A DNA stretch of 63,979 nucleotides, counting the filler, from Octopus bimaculoides (lineage: Eukaryota), in the NCBI RefSeq assembly GCF_001194135.2. It is 4 parts of 4 records of this genome, joined end to end, with 100 filler letters (N's around TTAATTAATTAA, not from the genome) between each part and the next. Parts side by side here need not be neighbours in the genome. Positions count along the whole stretch, not along the records: positions 24,165 to 38,699 come from NC_068996.1; positions 38,800 to 62,438 come from NC_068981.1; 2 more parts are not named here. One strand, 5' to 3'. Positions 37,930 to 51,566 of this stretch are shown here, piece after piece. Both the position numbers and the translations under genes were made by a program. Each line of letters starts with the position of its first letter. Positions within the stretch are counted from its first letter, which is position 1. The notes under the pieces are model-generated. The model was not told the origin of the DNA. It did not search any database and was given only the letters and a program-made list of their open reading frames with translations.

Positions 37930-38620
37930 GGAAACGGAGGCTCTAATCTGTGCTGCCAAGAGAAAGCACTAAGAACAAAGTACATAAAATACAGAATAGA
38001 CAACACAGCAGAAAGTAATAAGTTCAGAAGCTGCGGACAAAACGGTGAAACCTTATGGCATATTGACAGTCAATGTACGCCACTAACCCAGAAGGAATAT
38101 AAGAGACTCCACGACAATATAGCAAGGGTTGTTCATTGGACACTTTACAACAAGTATGGACTTGATAGCAAAAAATTGGTACAACCACAAACATGAAGGC
38201 ATTGTCGAAAATAGAAATGCTAAGATCCTATGGGATTTTATGATTCAGTGCGACCATGAGATAGAGAATAGGAAGCCAGACATAATCTTAATTGAGAAAG
38301 AAAACAAACTACGCTGGATCATAGATATAGCAACCCCAGCTGACAACAAGGTATGCGATAAGGAAGAAAGAAAAGTCGAGAGATATGACAGGTTAGCTTA
38401 GGAAGTTAAGCAGTTGTGGTCGATGAAAAAGATAGCAGTAGTACCAATAATTGTCGGATCCCTGGGAACAGTGAGCAAAAATCTCGAGAAGTACGTGGAA
38501 CAAATAGGGGCTGCAATAAGGGTGGAGCATTTGCAGAAAGCAGCACTGCTTGGAACCGCTCGAATACTCCGGAAGTTGCATTGTAGTACATCTCCAGCGC
38601 TAGAAGCTGTGCAAAGGCAA
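37929..38620 (+). mobile_element. 5'-truncated R4/Dong-like RLE LINE flanked by (TAA)n on both sides
   Basis: ETEALICAA, zinc-knuckle remnant SCGQNGETLWHI..QC..L.QKEYKRLHD, ILWDF.IQCD...RKPDI...IDIA.P.D, VVPIIVGSLG, KAALLGTARILRK. Confidence 0.9.
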
Positions 38621-38622
38621 TA

Positions 38623-38685
<63 letters not shown>

Positions 38686-38815
38686 CCTTTCTACTATAGN
38701 NNNNNNNNNNNNNNNNNNNNNNNNNNNNNNNNNNNNNNNNNNNTTAATTAATTAANNNNNNNNNNNNNNNNNNNNNNNNNNNNNNNNNNNNNNNNNNNNT
38801 ATATATATATATATA

Positions 38816-39235
38816 TCGTGGGCGAGTTCTAAGAAGCTTGCTCCACAACAGTATATGGTTCCGGTTTCAGTCTCAGTGCATGCACAGGTGTTTTATACTA
38901 TAGCGTCGGGTTGGTCAAAGCTTTGTGAATGGATTTCGTCGAGGAAAACAGAAAGCCTATCATATATAAGAGTGTGTATTTGTGTGTGCGTGTGCATATT
39001 AGTGTGCCTCTGTGTATGTGTGTGCTTATGTCTGCGTTTTTGTCCCCACTACAGCTTGACAACCGGTATTGGTCTGTTTACGTCCCCGAAACTTAGCGAT
39101 TTGGCAATAGAAGCACATAGATTAAGTACCCGCTTTAAAGACATGTACATGTTTCGATTCATTCGACTAAAAATTCAAGGCAGTGCCCCATGATGGTCGT
39201 AGCCTAATGACTGGAACTAGCAAAATATAAAATGT
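38816..39235 (+). mobile_element. Full-length diverged SINE family B with central (GT)n
   Basis: Head matches 36625; 3' part TTGACAACCGGT.TTGGT.TGTTTACGTCCCCG.AACTTAGCG...TCAAGGC.GTGCCCCA. Confidence 0.8.
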
Positions 39236-39534
39236 GTATATATTGACAGAGATTTCAAAGAGTAGGAAGAAAGAAAAAAGCAGATACTAACATTCATACG
39301 GATATAGAATACAGAGACACCCACTTACTTACAAGTAGACACATATATACATATGCATACGTAGATATACACATACATTCATATATACAATCATGCACAC
39401 AAATATTGAATCCGTGCGCGCGCGCACGCACATACACATATATCACTGTGTTTGAAAGTATTCATCTGGCTCTCCCAAAATTGTTCATAAGCACTACCTC
39501 CGATTAATTTTCTATTATTTTTCAGCACAGAACA

Positions 39535-39840
39535 ATATAAGGTAGATCTAACAAAAAGAGTAAACTGTAGACAATAGACCAAACAGAAAATAAGCATGGA
39601 AGTAGTCCAGACAGTAAATTAAATGAAGAAAAATATCTGAAAAAATTCAACCCAGCATCCTATGGTAGGCTAAATAGAAAATAAAAGCGATGTATGGTAG
39701 ACCAAGCAGAGAATAAAAAAAATAAAAAAAGATATGGTCGACCAAACGGAGAATCAGCAATCGTTGATAGACTATAAAGAAGATTAAAGCTATCGGCAAA
39801 GACCAATCAGGCTATGAAGGACTAAAAGTAAAATAAAAGA
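39535..39840 (+). repeat. Decayed minisatellite, ~25-30 bp unit TATGGTAGACCAAACAGAAAATAAA
   Basis: Related units near 39572, 39661, 39693, 39733 and 39813. Confidence 0.55.
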
Positions 39841-40364
39841 AATAGGTTGCAACAAGTGGAAAGTAAAGAGGTAAAGAGTAACATATGTTAGACAAAATGG
39901 AGAGTAAACAAAGTATATTATAATATGCACAGAAGAGCAATGTAAGGTGGCCCGAACAGAAAATAATCAGCATTACATATATGCAGGATAATAAACCGGA
40001 AGCTCCGACTAAATATCTACTTCTACACACACTAGAGTACAGTATAAGATAATAAAGAAATGATACAACACCACTTTTGACAAAGTTTTACGAGATTAAT
40101 AAAGAAACGAGTATTGCCCTATGATGCTTAAAGTCAGTATTGTTCAGTGATTTGTTTGTTAAGCTTAATCATCAGTTTCGTATGATGTTTAATTCATACA
40201 AATGACACGTGTATATAAATAGTTCCTATTAGTCGTCTTAACCACAAGATTAACATGCTCTAGATACTGTGACCAAAAGCACGAGCTCAATGATTAAGCT
40301 ATATACTAATTCTTCTCAGGGATTCTAACATATTAATAATGGCGTTAATAACTTTAATAGTCGT

Positions 40365-40715
40365 GGCACTCCATCGGTTACGGCGACGAGGATTCCAGTA
40401 GATCAGATCAACGGAACAACCTGCTCGTGAAATTAACGTGCAAGTGGCTGAGCACTCCACAGACACGTGTACCCTTAACGTAGTTCTCGGGGGAGATTCA
40501 GCGTGACACAGAGTGTGACAAGGCTGGCCCTTTGAAATACATGTACAACAAAAACAGGAAGAGTGAAGCAGAGTTCGCCACACCACCCCCTGCCCGGAGC
40601 CTCGTGGAGCTTTAGGTGTTTTTGCTCAATAAACACTCCCAGCTTGGGAATCGAAACCGTGATCCTACGACCGAGAGTCCGCTTCCCTAGCCACTAGATC
40701 ATTGCCCCTCCACTT
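40365..40715 (-). mobile_element. SINE family C copy (variant central region)
   Basis: Reverse complement aligns with 54611-54939 at both ends. Confidence 0.85.
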
Positions 40716-41914
40716 CAATTAATAGTAAATATATAACGTGATAAATCTGGAGATAGACAACTGTATAGAACATAGAACATGCATATAAAAGGCAATTTCA
40801 ATCCGATAATACATTACATTATCTATACTATATTGAGTGTATTGTTAAATGTTTGTGCCACTGAAAGTTTGAATTTATTTAAAGCAGGAAACTAGATGTG
40901 AATCGCGAGAGCTTTACGTCATCTCAATACAAACAATTTTGTGTAATTTTCGCTGTAATATAAATTGTTTAATTACATAATTATATCATTAATACCATTT
41001 AATAAACAATTTGCAGTGATAAACATAATCTGTTTCCAAACATAGACTTAAGATCTGAAAGTTAACGTAAGAAAACGTTCATTTTTGAAAAAATAATATA
41101 ATTTGTGATAAATTTTACTGAGAGCTAATGACAACGCAATATTGGCCTTGCTTGGATTTGAAATCAAAATACGCTGAGACGGTACAAATACAGCAACGTA
41201 TATTTTTCAGCGGTCTAAGCGTTCTTTTTATATACAGTCCTCTACAAGCTTTAAGGGTACACGTTCGTATGAATGTATGTTGTGCCTGTGTATCCCTGTA
41301 TGTACTTATACATACATACATACATACATACATACATACATANNNNNNNNNNNNNNNNNNNNNNNNNNNNNNNNNNNNNNNNNNNNNNNNNNNNNNNNNN
41401 NNNNNNNNNNNNNNNNNNNNNNNNNNNNNNNNNNATATATATATATATACTACGTTCACTATACTCTCCTTTCGTTCGTGTCTAACGACCCTCCATGGAT
41501 ATTTTCGTTCGGTTTCGCTGCATGTCTCCACTGTTATTTCTTTGTTCCCAAATTTGACCCTTCATAAATCCTAAATCTTATTTTATAATTGATGGGACCT
41601 ACTGTCTTTGAAGGCACATATTGTCGTTTGAATGCTCGAAATGAGGAGTAGATAGACAGCCGCCAACTGAAGAAGGGTACTTTTTCTGTGTTAACCTGTC
41701 CTGTTTTCGAACTTTTCTCGTTGCTTACGTATTTCATTGGTTTTTGTCCTGTAATTACTGTCCACGTCTTGTAACTCTCTTTCGTGTGTTATGTTATTTG
41801 CACAGTAGGTGACGTCCTGTACCCATCTATGCATTTATATATATATATAATTTATTTATTTAATAGAACGCGACGTATCAATTCCCAAGTATATATATAT
41901 ATATATATGAGAGA

Positions 41915-42180
41915 GGGAACGCATATTTAGGCTGCTCTCCTCACAATCGCGAGATCGCGGTTTCAACTCCTAGACAGGGTGGTACGTTGCTTTCTTGAGC
42001 AAAACACTTAATCTCACGCTGCTCTTTGATCACTTCGACACTTGACGCGCAGTACACCGTGCATTTGCTCAAACGACGTCAATGTAATGGAGAGAATGAG
42101 CTAACGTGCGACACGAACATTTGATCACAATAAATAAAAAAAAATCATTTGTGCTGATCTTTCAGCAAACGCTGAAAGTT
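41915..42180 (+). mobile_element. SINE related to family C (tRNA-like head, divergent body)
   Basis: CTCACAATCGCGAGATCGCGGTTTCAACTCC...TTGAGCAAAACACTT..TCTCACG.TGCTC resembles the family C head. Confidence 0.55.
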
Positions 42181-43259
42181 CATACGTCGTCTTCGACAGG
42201 AGAGTCCATCTCATATATAAATGTCTGTACTTGAGCGTCTTTGTAAGAATGTATGAGCATGCAAATGGAGAACGGCCTAACTATAGTGTAAGTAAAAGTA
42301 CCGACTGATAAGTGGTGGTCAATGGTGTCGAATAACTCTCTCTTTATAATTGTTGAACTTGTGCCTAAAACAGAAGCCATTATGTTTGTAAAATTTAAAT
42401 CTTATATCATGAAAGCTGTCAAGAAACCCTACTGGTATGAATTACCTGCTGGGCAAAACTTATAAGTAACTGTCAATTTACATTATGCTTATTTATCTCT
42501 ACATTTTGCATCGGGTTCTAAATAAAAAATTCCTTAACCAGTACCTGACGTACCTCAGTATATTTTTAAACATCTACATATATCGATCACATGAATATGT
42601 AGGTATATATATATGTATGTATATATGTATGTATGTATGCATGTACGTACGTATGTATATATATATATATACATATATATACGTATATATAAAGAAGCAT
42701 TCGTTTTTTAAGATATTTGTGAATTTGACCTGTGAAAGTCTATTTACTTATGAACTTTGGACGTACTTGTATGAGGGAGGTAAAAGACTTTTTTCAAATA
42801 TTTTTTCAAATATTTAAAAAAAAAATTTAATTAAAAAATTATCTTGATTGTATGATAGAACTTTTTTAGTTGCTAGACATTAATTTTATTTTATTTTTAC
42901 CTTTATTTATTTTATATTTGTCTATTAGGTTCTTTGGTAGTTCTTGAATTTTTAGCTGTTTATATTTAAATTTAGGCCATTCTATATGTATTTTATTCGA
43001 TTATATATATTTTTACCTTCTGTGATTTTATGTATATGTATTATTCTGTTATATGTTTGGGAACCATGGTGATTTTTATATATGATTAAATGTTTTAGGG
43101 GTGGTGTTGTATATGAAGTCGTTGATCAAAATTTAATGTTTGTCCTATAACCAGTGCTACTTTATATTCATCTCATTTATATTTGAGCAATTCTTTTGCA
43201 GTCCTATAAACCCTTTTGTTTCTATAAAAAGAGACAAATAGTATTTCGTCTTGTTGTAT

Positions 43260-43291
<32 letters not shown>

Positions 43292-43314
43292 ACACACACA
43301 TACACATATATGTA

Positions 43315-43361
<47 letters not shown>

Positions 43362-43368
43362 ATATCTA

Positions 43369-43433
<65 letters not shown>

Positions 43434-43800
43434 ATCTATACCTATATATATATAATTAAGGAGAGAAGGAAACAAATTCAAAGGCCGATGTATATATTCA
43501 TTCAAACCATATTAACGAAGTTCTCCATGGTATACAAAGTGCATACATAGATGAATTCACTTATATGATATATAAAATCTTTTAAGATTTATTAAATGCA
43601 TAAATATACACGAAATTTTATAAATATATAAAAATTCATACATATATAAAAATTTACAAACGCATAAAAATTCATAAATGTAAATGTATAAAAAACGTGT
43701 AAGTCCATAAATGTACTTGTGAAGTCCGAATGAAAAGGATGATGAAGCGGATTTAAACTGATTCATAAGGAATCTGGAATATGTATAAAGTCTATGTATA

Positions 43801-43894
43801 AATTCTTATGGCCGTTTCGAAAAGGTATAGGTTGCTATGGGCGAGCTAACTCCAACCGTAGCAATATTCTATATTTCTCTCGTCAGAGTTAATT
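43801..43894 (-). ncRNA. Type I hammerhead-ribozyme-like motif with 61-nt stem II and near-palindromic stem III
   Basis: AATTAACT-CTGACGA-[GAGAA..61-nt hairpin..TTTTC]-GAAA-CGGCC-ATA-AGAATT; one CpG-type change from ACGGCCGT/GUA. Confidence 0.55.
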
Positions 43895-46357
43895 GAATCA
43901 CAGGGTTAAAATTTTGAAAGAAATGGTGGGTTAAATAATTTGAAAAATCAAATGTTTGATGGGACCATTCTCTTCGTGCATATCTACATCCCTTTTTTCT
44001 TCATTGTTATATATATAATTTATTTTGTTTCACACGGGTAGAAATATAGGTAAAATAGAAGTTAAAAATGCACTGAAAATAGTTTAAAAATTTATATAAT
44101 ATATTTGAATCTTTAACCGGTTTCACAGTTTACACTGATTTTCAAAATGTTCGAATAGAAAGATGTGTCTTATGTCGAAGTTGTCTTGTTTCTGACAGAG
44201 TGTTTGAAGCTGACCCTATTTTCATGAGTTGATGGCTCAAAATTATATGTTTTGAATGGGATTTGATTGGTAGGGGATAGTAACATGATTGGTTTTAGAA
44301 ATTTTTTAGGCTCTCCGCTACGTCCGTGATAATCTTTGTCGTCGTGTGTTAAGGCTGGCACGGGTGACTGAATTTGACCAAATAATCAATGTTCTGCATG
44401 TTTTCTGTCAAGTGCAATGGGAACAAAAGTTGCTCCGAGTTACGCTATTCCTGTCATGGCATACATGGGGATCTAGATATATGTTTCGTGGGAATTTTTT
44501 TCTTTTCCAGGCTATTTCGCATGCTTTCAACGAATGTGACATCGAAACCACGCGTAAACAGCCCCTTTCCCCAGAAAAGGAAAAAAATGGCTGCTATTTC
44601 TTGCACGCTCTGCTACCAAGTAACAGGTATTTCTAGTTCTTTATCGCAAATGTCTGTTAAGTAGTAGTAGGGCGTGCTAGAAAAAAACAGCCAAATCTTT
44701 GGAGCTAAGATACGTTGAATGCACTTGAAAAAACATTTGTAATGCCATTCCTTTGAGACGATCTGTCGCTTTCACTCTCAGAACTGTCATCCGGATCATC
44801 TGGTTTTGTTTGTTAATTTCTGTAAATCTGTTTACTTATTTGCTTTTGTTTTAAAGTGAGAGAAGAAAGTGAAAGATGTGTGAACGTGTATATGAAATGG
44901 ACGTGTGTGTGTGTGCGTGAGAGAGAGAGAGAGAGACAAACAGACAGAGACAATGCCACTTACGCATACATGAGAACACACACGTTCACTTACTCGTACT
45001 CTCTCTCTCTCTCACTCGTTCTCACACATGCACAGGTACATAAAAAAGATGTACGCATATGTATTGATGTATGTACTTATACATGACAACACACCCCTTC
45101 ACTCACTCTCTATCTCTTTCTCTCTCTTTTCTCTCTCTTCTCTCTCTCACTCTCTCTCTCTCTTCTGAGAATCAAAGTGAAAGATTGCCATTCACTTGAA
45201 AATAATTAAAAAATCACATTAAAATGTCTGTTTAAAGAAAGCTAAAATATAAATACTTACTGTACACACAACTTACAATTTTGAACTCACATTCAGTCAA
45301 AAATATTTCTAAATGATTAAAATATTGTATACATCAAAAAGACGAAGTCTTTTTCTTGGAGAGTGCGAAGACTATGTGACTGTAAATGTCATAGTTAGTG
45401 GACGTCTGTTTGTGTTCATTGACACTCCATGTCATTCATTATATGTGCGCGTATTATGTATGTGTGCATGTGTGTTGACGTCACGGATGCCATGTTTTTT
45501 TCGTCACGAAATATTGAACAAATATTGTGTATAATCGTTTTTATTAATAAATAGAGGTCCAAATATCACAAAGATTTCTACTGCACTGCCGTAGGTAAGT
45601 ATAAAAATGAATATGCAAAAACATTTAAGATAATATATACTATTTCTGAGATATTTCGCGGACACACAAACATCTCCAGAGTTTTAGTATTATTAAGATA
45701 TGTGGTAGTGAGTGGTATATGTAGTAACAAGTTGAAGGTATATTTTTGCGTTGTGGATTGAAAATGAAAAAGACTACCTCATGTTAGAATATATGTCCGT
45801 ACTGCAAACATCTGCAATCGAGCAATACGGTCACCAGCACACAAGAACCATGTGTACCAGAGCAAGCAAAAATACAGCATCACAAACAGCAAATAAATAT
45901 CCACTAGATCGTCACTTCCATTATTTACCATCTTCATTCTACATTTTCTCAGTTTAGTTGTTTTGGCTATATGTCTGTCTCTTTTGTCTCATGTTATTTT
46001 TCGTTTCTCCCTCTCACTCTTAACTGATTGGTAATCTCATCTTACTCTTTTTTTGTGTTTGACTTAATGAATTTCTGTCTCTCTCTCTCTCTCACTCTCT
46101 CTCCCTCTCTTTCTTTCTTTCTCACTGTATTTTCCAGTCACCATAATGACAGCCATAACATAATTGTGTTATTTCCCTTATCATCATATAAAATCTAGTT
46201 GGGTTGATAGGAGAGCACCATTGTATTAATACATAGATATTAGGCGTTTATCTAAATGATACTACAGAAACACACACACGTACACACCGACATATACACA
46301 CATACATGTACACACTTATGCATATACGCATGTACGTATATGCATACATACATTCAA

Positions 46358-46459
<102 letters not shown>

Positions 46460-48742
46460 GTATATATTTTGTGAAAATGGTATTTTATTGATGAGTTGAA
46501 CATTGACATCATTAACTCTTACAGATATGCTACATTTCTCTCAATGACGGTTTAAGTGGCTGACATTTTAATCTAATTAAAAATTTACTGTTAACCTTAT
46601 AGTTTTGCTTCCAAAATGCATTTGTATAAACGTAGATTCACGCGTAGATCCAGAATGAGCATACAGACACAAAGACTAGAAATGGAACAGCAATAACATG
46701 CTACTTAGAATTATCTAGCGGCTTACACTCTAGTCTTGCATTTTATATAGCCATCTCAAATGTCATATTTTCACTATTGTTATTCAGAAAATATTCACTG
46801 ATGTTGGTAGCGTTATTAACATATGAAAAATGTAATCATACTTGGAGTTATACTTTTTACCTCAATTGGCCTTGAAATTACTATTGGTCATAAATTTAGC
46901 ATCTAAATTGCCATCGGTATTTTGTTACTCAATTTGTATTCGCAGACAAACTGAATAAACGTATTCGACTAAGGTTTGTAAATTATGTATTTAAAACGAA
47001 TAAAAACGCAATACGCGTCGCAAGCCACTGACCATTGAATATACGATATCTTTTCACGGTCAAAGAACTCCGGTGAAGATGCCTAGTTTTAGAAAGCACA
47101 AGGTTGAATTTCCTTCGACAATCTTCCGAGATTGATGTGATCGACTTACACCCTCCCCTCCCCACCTAGCTGCCCTTATGGCAAAATTTGAAAGCATTAT
47201 TGTCCTGTACAACATAAGTAGCACCCCAGCATACTGTTCAACTGCCATTTCCATTTACTAACTTAGAACTGTTCTATCAATCATCTGCACACACGAATTA
47301 TGCATTATTTTGTCTAGCATCTGGCTAGTGTTCGTGACATACAGTAGATACCTTCATATATGATTTTCACCGTATATTCTTCCCTATTGCAACACTAAAT
47401 TTTATTCTGATGAAGTATTAAGCATACTGAACTCATTTTTATTTCTCCAAAGACGATAGTATACATACTTTCATAAGTTCATATTTTAGCCGTGTCAAAA
47501 ATAACGAAAATTTATATCATTAGAATTCTTACGCTTTTTTTCTGATTTTCTGATTTCCTGCTCCCCGTATTTCTTTTTAAGAAAACGTTTATGACTTTTA
47601 ACTACGTAATATACATTCAAAAATAGACATCTATACAATTGTCTATCATGAATATTATTTTCAATATAAAATATTGGATCGATTGATAAGCCAAAATAAT
47701 TTAATAATATCGATTACATCGGTGACATAGGAACATGGCCAAACGTTTACACAAATAAATATTGATTTCTACTTTTGGCTAAATGTCATGCATTTATGGG
47801 AAGAATATAATCATTCGAATTGGACTATTATGTATTGGTACTTTAATTTGCTTGCTCCGGAAGGATGAAAAGTAATGTCAGCAAAATTGAAATAATAACG
47901 TCAAGGATCATGGGAAAATAAATTATACTGCTTATAATTGTATAATTATATTGAATACAATGTTTTGTGATATAGCGACTGGGATTTTGTGGCTATTGCT
48001 CTTTCATCATAGGTAATACTAGGAAAAAATATACAGGAGAGATTTATAGAGGTATTTACAAACATATAAAGGAACAAAACAGAAATATAAATAAAATGAA
48101 GCAGACATTTAATGCGAGAGGTGTAGGAGAGGAACAAAGAGACAGAGGAAGCAGGAAGTAAAGCAGGCGAGATGTTGAATGAAACTTTTAGCATTTTAAT
48201 CCTACTATTCAGAAGTAAGTTACGAACCGGTTTTAATAATTAATCCGTAATAAATAAAGAAACCTGAAAATGTCAAATTAATGTTGTGCATAAATAATTG
48301 ACATAGACAGTAGCACTTGAATAGCAATGTTCAGTTTGTTGACCTAAAGAAAATAACAATGTTAGTCGCTATACACTTCACTTTGCAAGACATAATATGT
48401 ATGTAACTATCACATTAGGAAAACATTTACAAATTACGTGTGTATATAAGTGCGTATGTATGCATGTATGTAAGAGAATGTGCGTGGATATATATATCTA
48501 TATGTAAGTATACATGTACATAAACACGTATACATATGTACATATATGTATGTGAATGTCTGTATCTATGTCTATATCTATTTATGTGTGCATGTGTAGC
48601 GTGTGTGTGTGTATAAGGGAAAACATACAAAAAATATGTATATATATATATGTGTGTATGTGTGTTTACGGAGAGAGATAAATACATACCTATATACGAT
48701 CAATTATACATATTTATATGCACTCATGTATGTTTTTTCACG

Positions 48743-48777
<35 letters not shown>

Positions 48778-48841
48778 TACACACACACAGCCGCGTACAC
48801 ACATATATATACACGCGCATATATATAAAGAGAGAGAGAAT

Positions 48842-48882
<41 letters not shown>

Positions 48883-49214
48883 AGTGAGAGAGAGAGATAG
48901 ATCTACGTATATTCTCAGTTGCTAAACAGACACCCGTGAGACCTAACATCGTAAAAAGATTAAACAGATGTTCACAATTCTGACTCTGCATATTTATTTA
49001 TTTATAACATGTACCATATTCCCACTCAGTGATTATTGACAGGCCATCAACCTTGCACAATTATGTGTAATTAGTCTTCGGCTACCACCTCTCAGCTTCG
49101 AAGCAAAAGGAAGTAAAGGAATTCTGTTGAAGCAACGAAACCTTTTGTTTCAATACTCATGCCAGGCTGCCGAAAAATGCCTCGTCACAGGGGCTTTTTC
49201 ACAGAGGCGCTCAC

Positions 49215-49248
<34 letters not shown>

Positions 49249-49308
49249 TCTGTATTTGCATGTGTATATATGTATATATATGCATATATATGTATATATA
49301 TATATATT

Positions 49309-49343
<35 letters not shown>

Positions 49344-49468
49344 TTGTGTACATACATATACATACATATATATATACATATATATATATGTATACAGATA
49401 CATATACATACATATATAAACATATATATATTTGTATATGTATGTGTATATATGTATATATATCCATA

Positions 49469-49506
<38 letters not shown>

Positions 49507-49635
49507 TATATATATGTATACATACATATACGTACATGTATATGTATACATACATGTATACATACACATACACACATATATATATATATATACTCACCGT
49601 GACTTGGCTTCGCTAGAATGGTTTCCTGCTGCCCA

Positions 49636-49855
49636 ATACAAGCAGGTAGTATTTGAACTCAGAACGGAGAAAGCCGGAAGGTACACCGTAGAGCATCGCT
49701 GCCGACGTACCAACGATTATGCCACCTACTAGCCACTGAATAACGTGAAATGAAGTGTTTTGATCAGGAATACAATGCGCCGCCTAGTCCGAGAATCGAA
49801 TCCACAATCAAGCAATCGGGAGTAGATTATCCTAACTCCTAGGCCACGCACCTTT
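49636..49855 (-). mobile_element. Adjacent SINE head fragments (family A near 49636-49725, family C-like near 49740-49855)
   Basis: TTTGAACTCAGAACG...AACGATT.TGCCA and AATCGAATCCAC...CCTAACT.CTAGGCCACGC. Confidence 0.5.
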
Positions 49856-50151
49856 ACACTCACATACACACACATATACAACTATATCGATATATATTCA
49901 TATATATAGGTCCTTAAGACTGGCTTCCCGGATGGGACACCGGTCTGTCACAAGATTACACTTTTTTACCAGCTGAGAAACCAGTAATAGAAACTATAAT
50001 CCTATGATTATGAGTGCAAGACACGCGCTTCCACAAACACCGTGCGTACGCTCACAAACACACAGATATGAGTCTCTATATCTAATCATATCTCACCATG
50101 CATTGGTAATCAAGTAAATATGTGCGAATGTATGTATTTGCTTGATGCGTA

Positions 50152-50217
<66 letters not shown>

Positions 50218-50248
50218 CAGCAGCAGCAGCAGAAGTAGCAGAAGTAGC

Positions 50249-50283
<35 letters not shown>

Positions 50284-50818
50284 NNNNNNNNNNNNNNNNN
50301 NNNNNNNNNNNNNNNNNNNNNNNNNNNNNNNNNNNNNNNNNNNNNNNNNNNNNNNNNNNNNNNNNNNNNNNNNNNNNNNNNNNNNNNNNNNNNNNNNNNN
50401 NNNNNNNNNNNNNNNNNNNNNNNNNNNNNNNNNNNNNNNNNNNNNNNNNNNNNNNNNNNNNNNNNNNNNNNNNNNNNNNNNNNNNNNNNNNNNNNNNNNN
50501 NNNNNNNNNNNNNNNNNNNNNNNNNNNNNNNNNNNNNNNNNNNNNNNNNNNNNNNNNNNNNNNNNNNNNNNNNNNNNNNNNNNNNNNNNNNNNNNNNNNN
50601 NNNNNNNNNNNNNNNNNNNNNNNNNNNNNNNNNNNNNNNNNNNNNNNNNNNNNNNNNNNNNNNNNNNNNNNNNNNNNNNNNNNNNNNNNNNNNNNNNNNN
50701 NNNNNNNNNNNNNNNNNNNNNNNNNNNNNNNNNNNNNNNTATATATATACATATGCGTGCGTGCGCGTGCACGTGTTTATGTTTAGATATATCGGTATAT
50801 ATGTATACATGTATATGC

Positions 50819-50849
<31 letters not shown>

Positions 50850-51426
50850 TACATACATAAGCACGCCTATATATGTATATATGCATTTAGTAAAACAGAC
50901 TAAGTAATGTTTTTGTGTGGAATGATGCGTATACGATTTGCATGATAGAATAATTCTTTGCTTTACCGCTGTTTTGAATAGTCGATGACTTTGATATAAT
51001 ATTGCACATCGGGCACACAGTTATAATAAGAATCAATATTACAGGTTTTAATTTAAATTATAGTAAAGCATAATTTAGCACAATTTTTGATAGCTCCGCG
51101 TAGCAGAATCAAAGTATTCTCTTCAGAAGATTAAATGAATACTGTATGAAAGACAGAAACGGCATTAAATATATATTCGTTCGAAAAATTAGTGAAGTAG
51201 TGGAAGAGAAGTGATTGCAGTTAGGGTTGTAGGGATTCGTAGTGGATTGGACACAAGCAAACGGAGAACAGATGTGGATGTACTAGTGAGTCGATGGGAA
51301 ATATTATATAATGATGGGTCATAGGTACAAGCAGTGAAGAGGCAATGTACCTAGTCAAGGAAATGGTCTAGAGAGCAAAGAGACAGGGGAACGACTTGGT
51401 CAGATGGAAGAGAGGAGTGAGAATGT

Positions 51427-51566
<140 letters not shown>

